A program made the position numbers and the translations under genes. DNA of 64,000 nt from Convolutriloba macropyga (lineage: Eukaryota), in NCBI RefSeq assembly GCF_964194025.1, contig NC_134480.1:25854001-25918000 (forward strand), read 5' to 3'. Shown here in pieces: positions 63,805 to 64,000 of this stretch (the first letter of the stretch is position 1; each line of letters starts with the position of its first letter). Below the pieces are notes generated by a model that worked only from the letters and a program-made list of their open reading frames with translations, ran no database searches and had not been told where the DNA came from.

Positions 63805-64000
63805 TTTGAAACAAAATTATTCAAAAAATGAATTGCTTTTCAAGAATGTTACATAATTATTCAACAATAAAAAATTCATACAAAACATATCCAGAGTCGT
63901 TGTCTCCTTGTTTGTAAGTGATTGTATAGTTTGCATTCATCGAATCTTGTTTATCTCTAAAAACAATTGACTCTACATTGTTCTCTTTAATCAGCTGCTT

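Larger units (their letters stand above)
47761..64000 (-). mobile_element. Polinton/Maverick (adintovirus-like endogenous dsDNA virus), left end present, continues past the window
   Basis: AGTAGT terminus at 47761, followed by the hallmark gene set: pPolB, adenain, MCP, mCP, RVE integrase and A32/FtsK-like ATPase. Confidence 0.96.

Overview
AT-rich eukaryotic genomic DNA, most likely from an invertebrate animal (inferred from spliceosomal introns and animal-type genes). (1) 167-10983 (+): the last six exons of a snurportin-1 gene. Its introns carry a locally amplified modular repeat with hairpins and tRNA-like cassettes. (2) About 14.3-26 kb: a decayed Ty3/Gypsy LTR retrotransposon (-) plus a local duplication of its 5' half and flank, with MITE-like elements nearby. 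(3) 30098-40818 (+): a five-exon gene for a two-finger C2H2 protein rich in co-repressor motifs; an N gap lies in intron 2. (4) 41.9-44.6 kb: a large degenerate tandem repeat. (5) From an AGTAGT terminus at 47761 to the window end: a Polinton/Maverick (adintovirus-like) endogenous virus with pPolB, adenain-like protease, major and minor capsid, core protein, RVE integrase and packaging ATPase, carrying about 11 frameshifts or stops. Its unusual features are an apparent GT-AG spliceosomal intron inside the polymerase, a compact E2F/CHR/CCAAT cluster upstream of the polymerase, an accessory island (PC4-like gene, palindromic 82-85 bp array, hairpins, two orphan genes) and a 1244-bp internal tandem duplication. 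All calls were made by eye; no searches were run.
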